64,000 bases of DNA from Eledone cirrhosa (GCA_964016885.1 OZ024742.1:258168001-258232000); one strand, 5' to 3'. Shown: positions 42,003 to 55,964, counted from the stretch's first letter. Translations and numbers: made by a program. The notes: generated by a model not told the origin, from the sequence alone.

Positions 42003-43449
42003 GATATTAAACAAATGGAAACTATATTTATAAAACCATATTTATTTCATTATACATATTTCAGGGATACCATATTAGAAATATGGCATGCCTTCTTCAG
42101 ATAAAATACAATATATAAGCAGTTTTATAAATAAATTTGACGTACCATAAATATTGTTCAACTTCCATTTAAAAAAGTTGGTTTGGTAGTGAAATGTTTG
42201 TAAATATTTAGTGTTAAGCACAGTTAAAAAAAAAGACGGAGAGAAGGAATAAATGTATGTAAAGAAAAACAGAGAGAGATAGAGAGATATGGGAGAGAGA
42301 AATAGTGAGGGGGTGAAAAATGAGAGGCAGCTGAGGCAACAGATGAATAATAATAATAATAATTCATCATACAAATTGAGAGATTAAGGAGGGAGGGAGT
42401 ACTGTAATTATTTATTTATTTATTTATTTAGTTATAGTGTTAAGGAGACGGAGAGAAATAAAACATAAATAAAGAGAAAACAGCGATACTTAAATTTCAT
42501 CATGTATAGAGGGTGGAGAAGAAAGAGTTATATCAAGAGAGAAGGATGACAGATTTATAACTTTACGTTATGTCCTATCAGTTTGAATTATCAATTCATA
42601 TGAATTGGGCATTATAATGTAAATATCAATATTCATGAATGAGACATAGATATATAATGTGTGAAAAATAATGACCATATGTTTAGTTTAAAAATTCTTA
42701 GGTCCATATATCAAAAACTGAGATAAAACTTCAAAAATACATAAGTATATATGTACTTTCCGGAAAAAAAGAAAGAAAGAGAAAAATAAAAAGAGGTCAT
42801 CTCAAGTTTTAGTTGACACTATAGATATACACGTGAACTTACGTGATCAGCTCTGTAATTTCTTATTTCACATGAAAAGATTTTCCCTTGCGTTATAAAA
42901 GATTTTACTATATATATATATATACATACACATACATAAAAATATATATTAATATTAATATTCCTGCACTCACATACATGATTATCGTTCATGTATAGAA
43001 TAGACAACAGATATTAATATATCAAAACGCTAAGAATACTTTCATCACTCCCCAGAGTATCTAGGGCCTTAAACAAAACACAGTATGCGCCCCATATCGA
43101 CCACAGAAATCAACCCTTCCAATTTATCTGACAATATATTGCCAAGTTCATTAGAAGCAATCAAAATAAAAAAACAAACAAAAAACCAAAATTATTCAAC
43201 AAGACTTATTTAGCAGAAATCATTTAAAAGATTTAGGAGACCCTGTTGTTCTACAGATGCTCTTATATTTAGTATAGAAGTTTATCTAGCGTAAAATTTA
43301 TCCAATAGATTGGGAGCATCAACATTTTAGGGTAGTTTAATTACATCATTAGTATATATTTATGAAGAAGGTTTAAAAAGAAAAAGTTGAAGGAATCGAA
43401 AGATTTATCGTCAGGTTTCATAATTAATTAAATATCTTAACTAAATATA

Positions 43450-44075
43450 CTACATTTTAAATTTATATTTATATTTAAACGTTGATTTCAATCTATGTCT
43501 GCAGCAACTGAATAAATTGCTCCTTAGATTAAGGGAATTTTTAGATTTTAATATAAAGTATATCTCCTCCACGCAGAGGTCACATGTCGCAGATGAGGAA
43601 TTAAAAGGAATCACTCTTGAGACTATATTCGACAACAACGAATATCCAATGTTATCATGTTTAAGTTGCCCGATAGTGAAGTTGAAGATGTTTTGCCTGG
43701 ATCCGTGAAAGAATTCTTATGATTATTATAGCGAAGTTTAAATTCTGTCGAGGTGGAACCAACATAGTTAAAATAATTTAAGTCAGTTTTAACATTGCAA
43801 TTGTATATTATATTTTTAACTAAGCAATTGTTATTTAACGGACATTTAGATTTATTTCTACAGTTACAGTTGTTTAATTGAATATTGTTTAGGCTATTAT
43901 CGGTATTTTGGCTAGGTTTTAGATTCCTATTATTTATTCTGTTAATATTTTGTGCTAAATTTTTGGTGGACGAGTAGGTTAATTTTATAGAATGTCTATT
44001 AAAAATTGAGTGATATTTATGTGTTGTAGGGAAGTGTTTGTCAAGAGCATTAAAAAATAGTTTAGCAATGTGGGT
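43450..44075 (-). pseudogene. Penelope-like GIY-YIG endonuclease remnant (Naiad-like)
   Basis: NCNCRNKSKCPLNNNCLVKNIIYNCNVKTDLNYFNYVGSTSTEFKLRYNNHKNSF..CDLCVEEIYFIL..LNLRSNLFSCCRHR. Confidence 0.88.
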
Positions 44076-45534
44076 TTTAATATTTAGTATTTAATATTTA
44101 ATATATATTAAATAAAAAATATAAATATTATTATATATAAATATTAAATATTAAAACCCACATTGCTAAACTATTTTTTAATGCTCTTGACAAACGCTTC
44201 CCTAGAACACTTAAATATCACTCAATTTTTAATAGACATACTATAAAATTAACCTACTCGTCCACCAAAAATTTAGCACAACATATTAACAGAATAAATA
44301 ATAGGAATCTAAAACCTAGCCAAAATACCGATAATTTATTGAATAAATTTTACGCTAGATAAACTTCTATACTAAATATAAGAGCATCTGTAGAACAACA
44401 GGGTCTCCTAAATCTTTTAAATGATTTCTGCTAAATAAGTCTTGTTGAATAATTTTGGTTTTTTGTTTGTTTTTTTATTCTGATTGCTTCTAATGAACTT
44501 GGCAATATATTGTCAGATAAATTGGAAGGGTTGATTTCTGTGGTCGATATGGGGCGCATACTGTGTTTTTTTTAAGGCCCTAGATACTCTAGGGAGTGAT
44601 GAAAGTATTCTTAGCGTTTTGATATATTAATATCTGTTGTCTATTCTATACATGAACGATAATCATGTATGTGAGTGCAGGAATATTAATATTAATATAT
44701 ATTTTTATGTATGTGTATGTATATATATATATAGTAAAATCTTTAATAACGCAAGGGAAAATCTTTTCATGTGAAATAAGAAATTACAGAGCTGATCACG
44801 TAAGTTCACGTGTATATCTATAGTGTCAACTAAAACTTGAGATGACCTTCTCTTTTTATTTTTCTCTTTCTTTCTTTTTTCCGGAAAGTACATATATACT
44901 TATGTATTTTTGAAGTTTTATCTCAGTTTTTGATATATCGACCTAAGAATTTTTAAACTAAACATATGGTCATTATTTTTCACACATTATATATCTATGT
45001 CTCATTCATGAATATTGATATTTACATTATAATACCCAATTCATATGAATTGATAATTCAAACTGATAGGACATAACGTAAAGTTATAAATCTGTCATCC
45101 TTCTCTCTTGATATAACTCTTTCTTCTCCACCCTCTATACATGATGAAATTTAAGTATCGCTGTTTTCTCTTTATTTATGTTTTATTTCTCTCCGTCTCC
45201 TTAACACTATAACTAAATAAATAAATAAATAAATAATTACAGTACTCCCTCCCTCCTTAATCTCTCAATTCGTATGATGAATTATTATTATTATTATTCA
45301 TCTGTTGCCTCAGCTGCCTCTCATTTTTCACCCCTCACTATTTCTCTCTCCCATATCTCTCTATCTCTCTCTGTTTTTCTTTACATACATTTATTCCTTC
45401 TCTCCGTCTTTCTTTTTAACTGTGCTTAACACTAAATATTTACAAAAATTTCACTACCAAACCAACTTTTTTAAATGGAAGTTGAACAATATTTATGGTA
45501 CGTCAAATTTATTTATAAAACTGCTTATATATTG

Positions 45535-45600
45535 TATTTTATCTGAAGAAGGCATGCCATATTTCTAATATGGTATCCCTGAAATATGTATAATGAAATA
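45535..45600 (+). ncRNA. Hammerhead ribozyme (mirror copy on - strand at 42043-42108)
   Basis: TATTTTAT-CTGAAGA-AGG..CCATAT/ATATGG..CCT-GAAA-TATGTA-TA-ATGAAATA. Confidence 0.85.
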
Positions 45601-45727
45601 AATATGGTTTTATAAATATAGTTTCCATTTGTTTAAATATCGTATATCTACTCCAAAACTTGTTGAGTGCTTTATATCAGTTATAAAATAATTATTCGTT
45701 GTAACCCAACAATTTTAAATAAAACTT

Positions 45728-45765
<38 letters not shown>

Positions 45766-45768
<3 letters not shown>

Positions 45769-45955
45769 AAAATGTATGACCCTGACAGCAGAGCTCGAGC
45801 CGTTTCGATGGCTATTTCTGGTCCAGAAATACCCTTCTAAACGGTTCGAGCTCTGCTGTCGGGGTCATATATTTTGATATTACCCACTCTACTACCCTAG
45901 TTATTGAGTACTCTAGGCGTTATGGTCCATCTGCTTCCTTACCACATCTCCCTCG

Positions 45956-45957
<2 letters not shown>
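45766..45957 (+). mobile_element. Family F fold-back mini-element (diverged)
   Basis: Hairpin plus tail ..TTGAGTACTCTAGGCGTTATGGTCC.. Confidence 0.8.
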
Positions 45958-46037
<80 letters not shown>

Positions 46038-46062
46038 ATATATATGTTCCGTATAACCATGT

Positions 46063-46112
46063 CCATTACGAGCTGAGGATCCGCTAAGGGGAAACAATTG
46101 TTCTCGGTATGG
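46063..46112 (+). ncRNA. Minimal hammerhead ribozyme in a ~160-bp island between (TA)n tracts
   Basis: CCATTACGAG-CTGAGGA-TCCGCTAAGGG-GAAA-CAATTG-TT-CTCGGTATGG; stem III palindrome ACAATTGT. Confidence 0.85.
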
Positions 46113-46208
46113 TGAACTAACTGTTGTGTTACCACTTCTACCTAACTCGACCCATGGACTGAGTGCTCTACCACTACGGATATTACCTTCCATGGTTCTA
46201 CTACTATA

Positions 46209-46270
<62 letters not shown>

Positions 46271-46519
46271 ACGAAGATATTGTATTCTGAAGTATTCTTG
46301 TGTCATTCAAATGATTATATTATAATAAAACTTTTAAGTAATAACACCAGTCCACCCTCCTCTTATTTTAAATAATTAACTCCGTACTCGTACCACCAAC
46401 TACACAAACGAAGATGGATGAGTGGCATGACGTTGAGTGCTCTCCATAATATTACATCTCGGTTGACCATACGGAATGACCAGTTCTATCCAGTGGTGAA
46501 CTAACAAACCTAAATATAT

Positions 46520-46724
46520 AATTGTTTCTACTTTTGGCACAAGGCCAGCAAATACCCAGTACATTACTGGTACTTTATTTTATCGACCCCGTAAGGATGA
46601 AAGGCAAAGTTAACTTTGAAACCTAAATATATAATGCTCCAGAAAATGTCGAGCGCTTTCAGATGTAATAATTGTTTATACTTTTAGCACAAGGCCACCA
46701 AAAACCTAGTGCATTACTGGTACT
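46520..46724 (-). mobile_element. Two partial SINE family A 3' fragments (46520-46617, 46670-46724)
   Basis: Match the SINE 3' half. Confidence 0.8.
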
Positions 46725-47536
46725 GTAATAATGAACAGCGGTACTGACTCCAGTGTACAGCTATCACCAGCATGGGACTAACTACACACCACTCGGGTTT
46801 TGGCTGCATTGGGCTTTGTCTACCGCCCACCTGGACCATGCATTGCTGCTTACCTGTCGGGAATATTCAGACTCCGTCAGACCTCATAGATTCTTCAGCA
46901 TATTCTACTAAACCCTGTATTGTATTGACTGAATTCTCTATCCTATATTTCAGGGCTTTTGGGAATCACATTGAAAATCAAGATTCGAACGTACACTAGA
47001 TATCACCTGATACCATTCCTACTCTTCCATCCTCTATATCTATATGTATAACCTTGCATTCTCCAACTGTGATATATATTGTCCATTTACTGCACCTTGA
47101 TCTGTATTTTATTTCTTCTGTATTGTGATTTCTTCGATATGTTCTTATACACTACCCTTTTACTCCCTACATCACCACCCTAGGTATGACTGCATTTTAT
47201 TTATGTATTTTACTCATGGTTTTATTTAGGCATTTATTTACTCGCTTTACTCTCATTATATACTTATCCTTGTACTCATTAGCACACGACCCATGAATAT
47301 GACTCTCAGACACAGACTCAGAAGCTCCCGCGTCTGGCGCCAGTTCATTTTGGGTCGCCCTCTCCGTCTGCTTCCCTGTGGGTTCCATTTAATTACCCTT
47401 ATATCGGTTTATCTTTATTCACTCCCCCTACCCACCAAGGAATCACACTACATTTAACCCGGACTAATTGGGTACTAAATATAGTCTATTTGCACATTTC
47501 GTCAGATTTTACCACTTTCAACTTCACATCACGGGG

Positions 47537-48052
47537 GTGAATAACTAATAATCGTTTTGTACACGCAATGATCCGACGGACGTGGCGGCTTACCCGACTA
47601 TACACCAGGCGCTGGGGTCGATCAGCCTCCCTAGAGTGCTTGGAAAAATAAATTTCCCCTTCTTTCGGTAAACGCAAATACTCGGAACGGTTGCTTCGCC
47701 CTGGGGCCCTGTCAGACTTGGAACCCACCTCGCCACCGGTTATTGACCGCCAAACAGTACCTTTAAATTCCAGGCTTAATCATAACTTTTAACTTTATCA
47801 TGCCTCCTTCTACTAGCACTTAACTAAATCCCCCACCAGTGTGAATAACTAGTAATAGTTTGGTATATACGATGGCCAGCCGACGGTGCCGGACTTCCCG
47901 CTAACACATCCGACGCTTAAGATAGTTGACATTCCTGGAGTGCTCGGAAAAATAAATTTCCATTTCTTTCGCTAGACGATAATACTCGGAACGGCTGACA
48001 CGCCGTTGGGCCCTGGGCTGGCCGAGTGCCCGCGACGTCGCTGGTTATTCAC
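47537..48052. repeat. Two diverged GC-rich ~211-nt units (47537-47747, 47841-48052) with self-complementary ends
   Basis: Near-gapless alignment; shared GTGAATAACT..GGAAAAATAAATTTCC..AATACTCGGAACGG..GGTTATT(G/C)AC. Confidence 0.8.
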
Positions 48053-48610
48053 TGTTAAACATAGGCTTAATCTTTACTCCATATTCTACCCTGAAAATGT
48101 ATCATGACTATCTATATTACACTTACACTTTTTCATGAAAGCCTCCTTCTGTAAATTCCTTTAACTAAATCTTACAACCCTAAACCTAAACCTTATTTTT
48201 ATAATTTCATCTTAAATGGCATCTTCTAACTCTAGACATAACTTTAACGTTTCTAATTGTTAATCGTAATTTCTGTCCATACATTATACCATGCAGACGC
48301 CCTCTATATATTACTATATATGGCTTTGTTGAATATATATGTTCTTTGATAAAATATACTTCGCGGCACTTTCTAGCATGCATCACCAGCTTGATTGTAA
48401 CCTGATCTCAACGCTCGCCTCTGTCTTTGGCGGGTGGTAGAGGTACACTGTAAGCCTACGCCTCTTCACTAGATGGACATAAGTAGGCTTAATAATCACC
48501 ACTTGAGGGCGGTCGAACGGAGTAGAAGCTGCTAAATGTTCGGTCGCCCTCATGTCTCATATTTTCAGACCCATGGGTTTTGTCTATTATATTCCTTTGT
48601 TATATTTCGA

Positions 48611-48668
48611 ATATCTGATGATGTCACCGGATCCATACTGAACCCGGTCATTGAAATGATCATAGTAT
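48611..48668 (+). ncRNA. Hammerhead ribozyme (family G)
   Basis: ATAT-CTGATGA-TGTCACCGG..CCGGTCATT-GAAA-TGATCA-TA-GTAT; stem III palindrome ATGATCAT. Confidence 0.78.
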
Positions 48669-49225
48669 AATAAAACTTTTAAGGAATTACACTAGTCCAG
48701 CCACCTGTTATTTTATAATAATTAACTCCGTACTCACACCACCGACTACACAAACAAAGTGGGTGAGTTGCATTACGTTGAGTGCTCTCCATATTACATC
48801 GATTTTGACCATACGGAATGATCAGTTCTATCCAGTGGTGAACCAACAAACCTAAATAAATTCATATATATACATATATGAAAAGAGTTAGGACACCGCC
48901 GGCCGTTTCGACAGCATGTGTATGTGTGTGTATCTTTTCGAATTACCTCCATTTACTTATATTTTCTTTTACATTTGCTTATTGGTTATCCATATTATTT
49001 TGGATCCATACTCTAGTTAAGTTTCTTCGAATAATTCCATTGTATTAAGAATTATTGAAGAACACTTAGCATGATGATCGCCAATACGATTCTTATTCTG
49101 AATAAGTGGCTGGATGAGTTTCGAGATGTTAATAAACTTATGAAATAAAGAAATTTAGTCACCTAAAAGTTAAATAACAAAAATAACAAAGAAATGGGGT
49201 AAAACTTAGAGAAAGTAAATTTGAA

Positions 49226-49303
<78 letters not shown>

Positions 49304-50885
49304 ATCTGAGTTTTTCGAATATTAATAACATTTTTTTTTTATATATAAAATTCTGCCGTAGACTCATTTGAGAAAGGTACAGGTAGGGCTGACATTGATT
49401 TGGAGATTCCTTGGTTGAAGAACGAAGGCGGATGAATTCGAAGACGAAGTAAATGATTTGTGACGTCCACGACAATATCGGACAAGACGATTCCCATGCT
49501 TATAAACGAAGTTATACATTCATGTATATATATATACGCATTTTTACACACCAAAATCAACCTCGATGGATAGAGACACTACATCCGTGCTACGTATTGT
49601 ACAGCCTGTTAGGTCCCCAGACAGGTTGGATTCACTGATTCTGCTGAGGAGGTCCTCGGTGTTGTCGCATATATCTGCGGACATTTTGATGATATGGCGT
49701 ATGATCAGGAAGAGGCTGTAGGAGAGCCTGTAATTGTTAGCAATGTTAGCTCCACAGACTGGTCTACTGGTGGTTCTGTGACTGGATCACCATTTCCCTT
49801 GTGGTCTTTGAGAAGCTCATACAATGTTGGTAGATCGTTGTTCCAGGCCTGGAAGTTGTTGACAGTCCATTTATTAGGCTGCATTATGCTTGACCACATC
49901 ATCATATCAGCGTTGGGGGTTTGTCTCTTTCCTCATGCTTACCTCTCTTGATTTGATGATATGGGGGTGCATTGCCTGGATGTCGATTGACAGGCTGTCA
50001 ACTGACTTCTGCCAGACTTGTCTGTTGGAAAGCATACAATCTCTACATTTCTAGAGCGCTATATGAGTCTAGGGAAGCCATTTCCCCCTGTGGCTGGACT
50101 TCTAATTTATTCTGTTTCTTGCTATGCTGTTCTAGTATCATTTTGGTCAGTAGCATTTGACGGTAAATCCGATCGTTTGGTAAAAGAAAATGTCGTAGGG
50201 TAAATGCATCGGATTTGTCAAAGGACTTATTGTATGGGTCATAGAAGGTGGAATTCCAGTGTGTATTGTTTACTATGTTGTTATCAATTGTGTTGTTGTC
50301 CACCAACTGATTCATGGTTACTTCAATGTCACTCATTCTTTCACCTGTCCCTTCCCCCTGTGTCACTGTTATTTTCTATTCTATTTTGTGTGTCTGTCTG
50401 TTCTTCCTGTTCTTGTCATTGTTTTCTCTAAATCTCTCATTGTTATTACTGTCCCCTACCTCCGTGTCACTATCGTTTTCTGTGTCTAAGTGTCTTTTGT
50501 TGTTGTGATGTATATTGTGGTGGGAAGCATAATATGTGTTGTGGTATGTGTGTTGTTGTTTTTGTTTTGTGTGTGGGTTGCCATTCTTGTTTTATGTTCT
50601 TGTGTATGTGTGTGTGTTGTTGTGTATGTATGAGTGTTGTTGTTATAATTGTACATGTTGTGGGTGTAAATGTTGTTGTTGTTCTTTAGTCTCCATTTAT
50701 TTTGTAAATATTTGTTCTATCTTAGATAAGCATTCAATCATATTTACCGGACTATATGTGGCATATGTATGTGGTAACTGAAGGATGGACAAATTCAAAA
50801 ACAAAGTATATATATTTATATAAATACGTATATATATAGATATATATATAAATACATATTGGTGAACCTACAGTAACTTCACATA

Positions 50886-51068
50886 ACTGTTTCTACTTTA
50901 GGCACAAGGCCAGCAATTACCCAGTGCATTACTGGTACTTTATTTTATCGACCACGTAAGGATGAAAGGCAAAGTCAACCTCGGCGGGATTTGAACTCAG
51001 ATCGTAAAGGGACGTAACTATGCTGGAAAGCATGGCGTCCGACCCTCTACCGATACTGCCAATCCACC
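50886..51068 (-). mobile_element. SINE family A copy
   Basis: Near-consensus copy. Confidence 0.9.
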
Positions 51069-51120
51069 GTAACTTCATATAACACACATTGGATACACAC
51101 ACACGCACACACACTAATAT

Positions 51121-51153
<33 letters not shown>

Positions 51154-51163
51154 ATGATATATA

Positions 51164-51319
<156 letters not shown>

Positions 51320-51339
51320 TATATATATATATATATATA

Positions 51340-51458
<119 letters not shown>

Positions 51459-52315
51459 ATAAGTTAAAACAATGAAATGACAAATCAAGTCATTAGAGAT
51501 ATAATTCACTGCTTTACGATCGTTTCTAGATGGCGATAATACATTGTATGTATACTCAGTTATTGATCTATGTAAGTTTACAAACTATCAGAAGAGAGAA
51601 TATTTACTTACATGCATATCACCAGCTGTTTTCAAAAGCAATAATAATTTTATTCAATAATAATTTTACTCAGAATTAGTAGAATGTTAGTATCATGTCC
51701 TTATTTGGAGTTTGTTGAAGAACTAACCAATAAAATTGTTTTTTTCATATGGTGTTAAAATGAAAAGTAATACACTTTAGTTGAGGTCATGACCCTTTGA
51801 AAGGAATGGTTGAAGGGTGTTAGTAGAGTTGCCATAAAAATCTATTAGGAAGGAATGGGATTGTCAAACTGATAGTTGAATGTATCTGGTATAGTGAAAA
51901 AATAAATGGTGATTAGTGTTGTTTGAGTTTTAAGGTGAATATAAATTAATGTTATGTCTAGGAAAGATAGTATATTAAAAGATGAAAATTATAATAAGAT
52001 AATGAGATATAGTAATGCGATAATATACAACTTAATCAATACAATATAGTACGGTGTGGTAAATTGCACTTATAAACCTGATTAAATACTATAAACCTAA
52101 TTAAATATTCTAAATAGCAACTCACTATAATTCCGTATACAGTGACATTTATTAGTACCTCTTTCTCCTAATTATAAGATTTCATGCTTATTTTTGCCTT
52201 TTAATGTTTTAGCTTCCTTAGGTTTAAGCGTTAATGACTAAAGGCAACAAGATACACAACCACCCGTAATTGCATGAGTAAAAATATATATCTAAGTATG
52301 ATATGGAAATATATT

Positions 52316-52410
<95 letters not shown>

Positions 52411-52608
52411 TTATGTATGTGTATATATGTATATACTTGTATATGTATGTGTGTATGTATGTATATATATGTGTATATATATATGTGTGTGTGTGAGTGT
52501 GTGTGTATATGTGAGTATAGGTGTATGCATGTTTATATATGAGTATGTGCACATGTAAGAGGAGTGTTTATATACTCACACCTGTGTATATATATATATA
52601 TATGTATA

Positions 52609-52689
<81 letters not shown>

Positions 52690-53720
52690 ATGTGTATATG
52701 TATATATGGGGTATAGACGTGTACGTGTTGATATAGATATGTATGGATGTGTATATATATGATGATATGCATGCGTGTGGATGTGTATTTAGGTTTGCAT
52801 CTATTTGTACGTATGTATATTTTTGGTTAGATATCAATATAACTGTACCTCTCTCTATATATATTGTGTATATATGCACTTTGTAGACTATGGAATGTAT
52901 GTGTTTTAACTATGCCAACATGTACTTATCTGAGTTTGGTTGTTTATGCATAAACATACTTAGATATATTTTAGAGCATATAATATGCTATATAATACTA
53001 AGTGCAATTTACCACACCGTACTATATTGTGTTGGTTAAGTTGTATATTATCGCATTACTATATCTCATTATCTTATTATAATTTTCATATTTTAATATA
53101 CTATCTTTCCTAGCCATAACATTAATTTATATTCACCTTAAAACGCAATACAACACTAATCACCATTTATTTTTTCACTATACCAGATGCATTCAACTAT
53201 CAGTTTGACAATCCCATTCCTTCCTAATAGATTGTTATGCCAACTCTACTAACACCCTTCAACCATTCCTTTGAAAGGGACATGGCCTCAATTAAAGTGT
53301 ATTACTTTTCATCGTAACACCATATAAAAAAAGTATTTGATTCGTTATTTTTTCATCTTCCTCCAAATAAGGACATGATACTAACATGCTACTAATTCTG
53401 AGTAAAATTATTATCGAATAAAATTATTATTGCTTTTGAAAACAGCTGGTGATATGCATGTAAGTAAATATTCTCTCTATCTGATAGTTTGTAAACCTAC
53501 ATAGATCAATAACTGAGTATAGATACAATGTATTATAACCATCAAGAAACGATCGTAAAGCAGTGAAGTATATCTCTAATAACTTGATTTTTTATTTCAT
53601 TGTTTTAACTTATATCATGATTCTGTTTTCCTTTTAATGTTTTATTGTTTTCTGAGATTTATCTTAACCTACAACATTTTCAACATATCGATTACATCGA
53701 GTTCTTCGTGCAGAATAGAC
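51459..53720. mobile_element. Element with ~615-bp inverted repeats (51459-52072 / 52999-53613) and a microsatellite-rich spacer; resembles a Penelope 3' region
   Basis: Arms are diverged reverse complements; a degenerate hammerhead at 53427-53566 shares CTGATAGTTTGTAAA..TACATAGATC and GAAACGATCGTA with 2228-2366. Confidence 0.8.
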
Positions 53721-53873
53721 CCCGTAACTTACAGTCGATACCTATGTGTATATATATATGTATGTATATATATAAATATATACATATATATATAGATATA
53801 TAGATATGTATATATGTATATATCTATCTATATATACATATATACACGCACATACACACACACACACACACTG

Positions 53874-53908
<35 letters not shown>

Positions 53909-54017
53909 AGTGTGTGTGTGTATGTATGTGCCTATATATATATATATATATATATACGCACATATATATAAATATATATATATATATACGCACATATATA
54001 TAAATATATATATATAT

Positions 54018-54072
<55 letters not shown>

Positions 54073-54153
54073 TGTGTGTGTGTGTGTATGTGCGTGTATA
54101 TATATATATATATATATATACATATACACACATACACACACACACACACACTA

Positions 54154-54185
<32 letters not shown>

Positions 54186-54222
54186 TTATATATATATTTA
54201 TATATATATATATATATATATA

Positions 54223-55037
54223 TACAAGTGGAAACTTAATAAAATCGAAGCTTTGGCTGAGGGCAAGCAAAGTCGACCTACAATATGAATGAGTTAGCAA
54301 AGTGCTCAATAAGGGTAGGTCCTTAGAGTAATAACATGCGTTTAAATAGCCGACACATTGAACATTGTGGTAGGCAAAACCTAACACACAATACCAAAGT
54401 AACGAAAAAAATAACAGGTTAAAAGATACACCTGGACAAATTAAATGATATACGTTCAAAGAGTTTCTATGAATGCGAAATCAAATATCCGACTTACGTA
54501 ACAGGCACGCTCGTGGTATTCCATGATCGAACAGAAGATTCATTTCATCAACAAGCATTTCGTTCTGCTAAATATCGGAGTGGACGGACTAAATGCTGCT
54601 GCTATAAGCAAGCTAACGTACATGTAGTTGTCACGTGTTATTTCCAACGAGGGAAGCAACCCCCAGTTTTTGGCTGGTAGATTCAAAGTGTTAACAAAGG
54701 AAATATTATAATTTCCGCTTACATTCAGAATATAAGCTCTCAACCAGATGTTATTAAACAAACACAAATAATTAACCAATCAACAGAATTCTCTAATTAA
54801 ATTAATTATTTAATTATTAAATCTAGGAGGAAATAATACAAGTGGAAACTTAGTAAAATCGAAGCTTTGGCTGTGCGCAAGCAAAGTCCACCTACAATAT
54901 GAATGAGTTAGCAAAGCACCCAATATGGGTAGGTCCTTTGAGTAATAACGTACGTTTAAATAACTTGACAAATTGAACATTGGGGTAGGCAAAACCTAAC
55001 AGACAATATCAAAGTAAAGAAAAAACTAACAGGTTAT
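54223..55037. repeat. ~200-bp diverged direct repeats (54223-54421 / 54837-55036) bounding an ~810-bp unit between (TA)n tracts
   Basis: TACAAGTGGAAACTTA..AATCGAAGCTTTGGCTG..AACAGGTTA occurs twice. Confidence 0.8.
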
Positions 55038-55347
55038 ATATATATATAAATATATATATATATATTCCAGAGACCGGCCAGATCTATGCAGATCGAACCT
55101 TCAGCTGACCAACAGCGAAACGGACGTCACCATCCAATAAACATAATGGAGGTTTAACAAATCGTCCTTGCATTATTATATTTATATTCCCCTTTACTCT
55201 ACACCCCGATACAAACGTGAATCCAAACATCGAGTGCTCACATTGATGAACCTACACTAACTTCACATTACACTCACTGGATACACTACACGCATATGCA
55301 CACACACACACACACACACACACTAATATATATATATATATATACAC

Positions 55348-55452
<105 letters not shown>

Positions 55453-55466
55453 CATATATATATATG

Positions 55467-55529
<63 letters not shown>

Positions 55530-55722
55530 TTTTTTTTTTTTTAAATTTAAATAACAGATTAAAGTTTAAACAAAGATCCCGTTAAGGGTGAAAGCAGCGA
55601 TTCTTTGCTTAAACTTGAATCTGTTATTTTAATAAATATTTCCTCTACTGTTCTTATATATTTGATATATATTTATCCTTATCGAGCCCTCTTTGGATTT
55701 TAGTCTTCAAATTTATTATTAT

Positions 55723-55771
<49 letters not shown>

Positions 55772-55774
<3 letters not shown>

Positions 55775-55960
55775 CGAAGGAAATGTGGTAAGAACCAGGT
55801 TGACAATAACGCACCGAAGTACTCAATACTTAGGGTAGTAGAGTGGGTAATAGGAACGAGTAGGACCCCGACGTCTGAGCTCAAGCCGGTTCGACGGCTA
55901 ATTCTGTCCAGAATTAGCCGTCGAAACGGCTTGAGCTTAGCCGTCGGGGTCCTACTCGTT

Positions 55961-55964
<4 letters not shown>
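55772..55964 (-). mobile_element. Family F fold-back mini-element
   Basis: Hairpin 55851-55964 plus tail; (TA)n on both sides. Confidence 0.87.

Larger units (their letters stand above)
42000..45732. mobile_element. ~3.65-kb fold-back Penelope-like element (head-to-head truncated copies, centre ~44120)
   Basis: 42000-43307 = reverse complement of 44337-45647; 43896-44100 = reverse complement of ~44139-44335; extra tail at 45648-45732. Confidence 0.9.

Noticed and set aside
47486-47728. 80-aa ORF as a real protein
   Set aside because: The equivalent frame in the second repeat unit has an internal stop and substitutions do not look synonymous-biased
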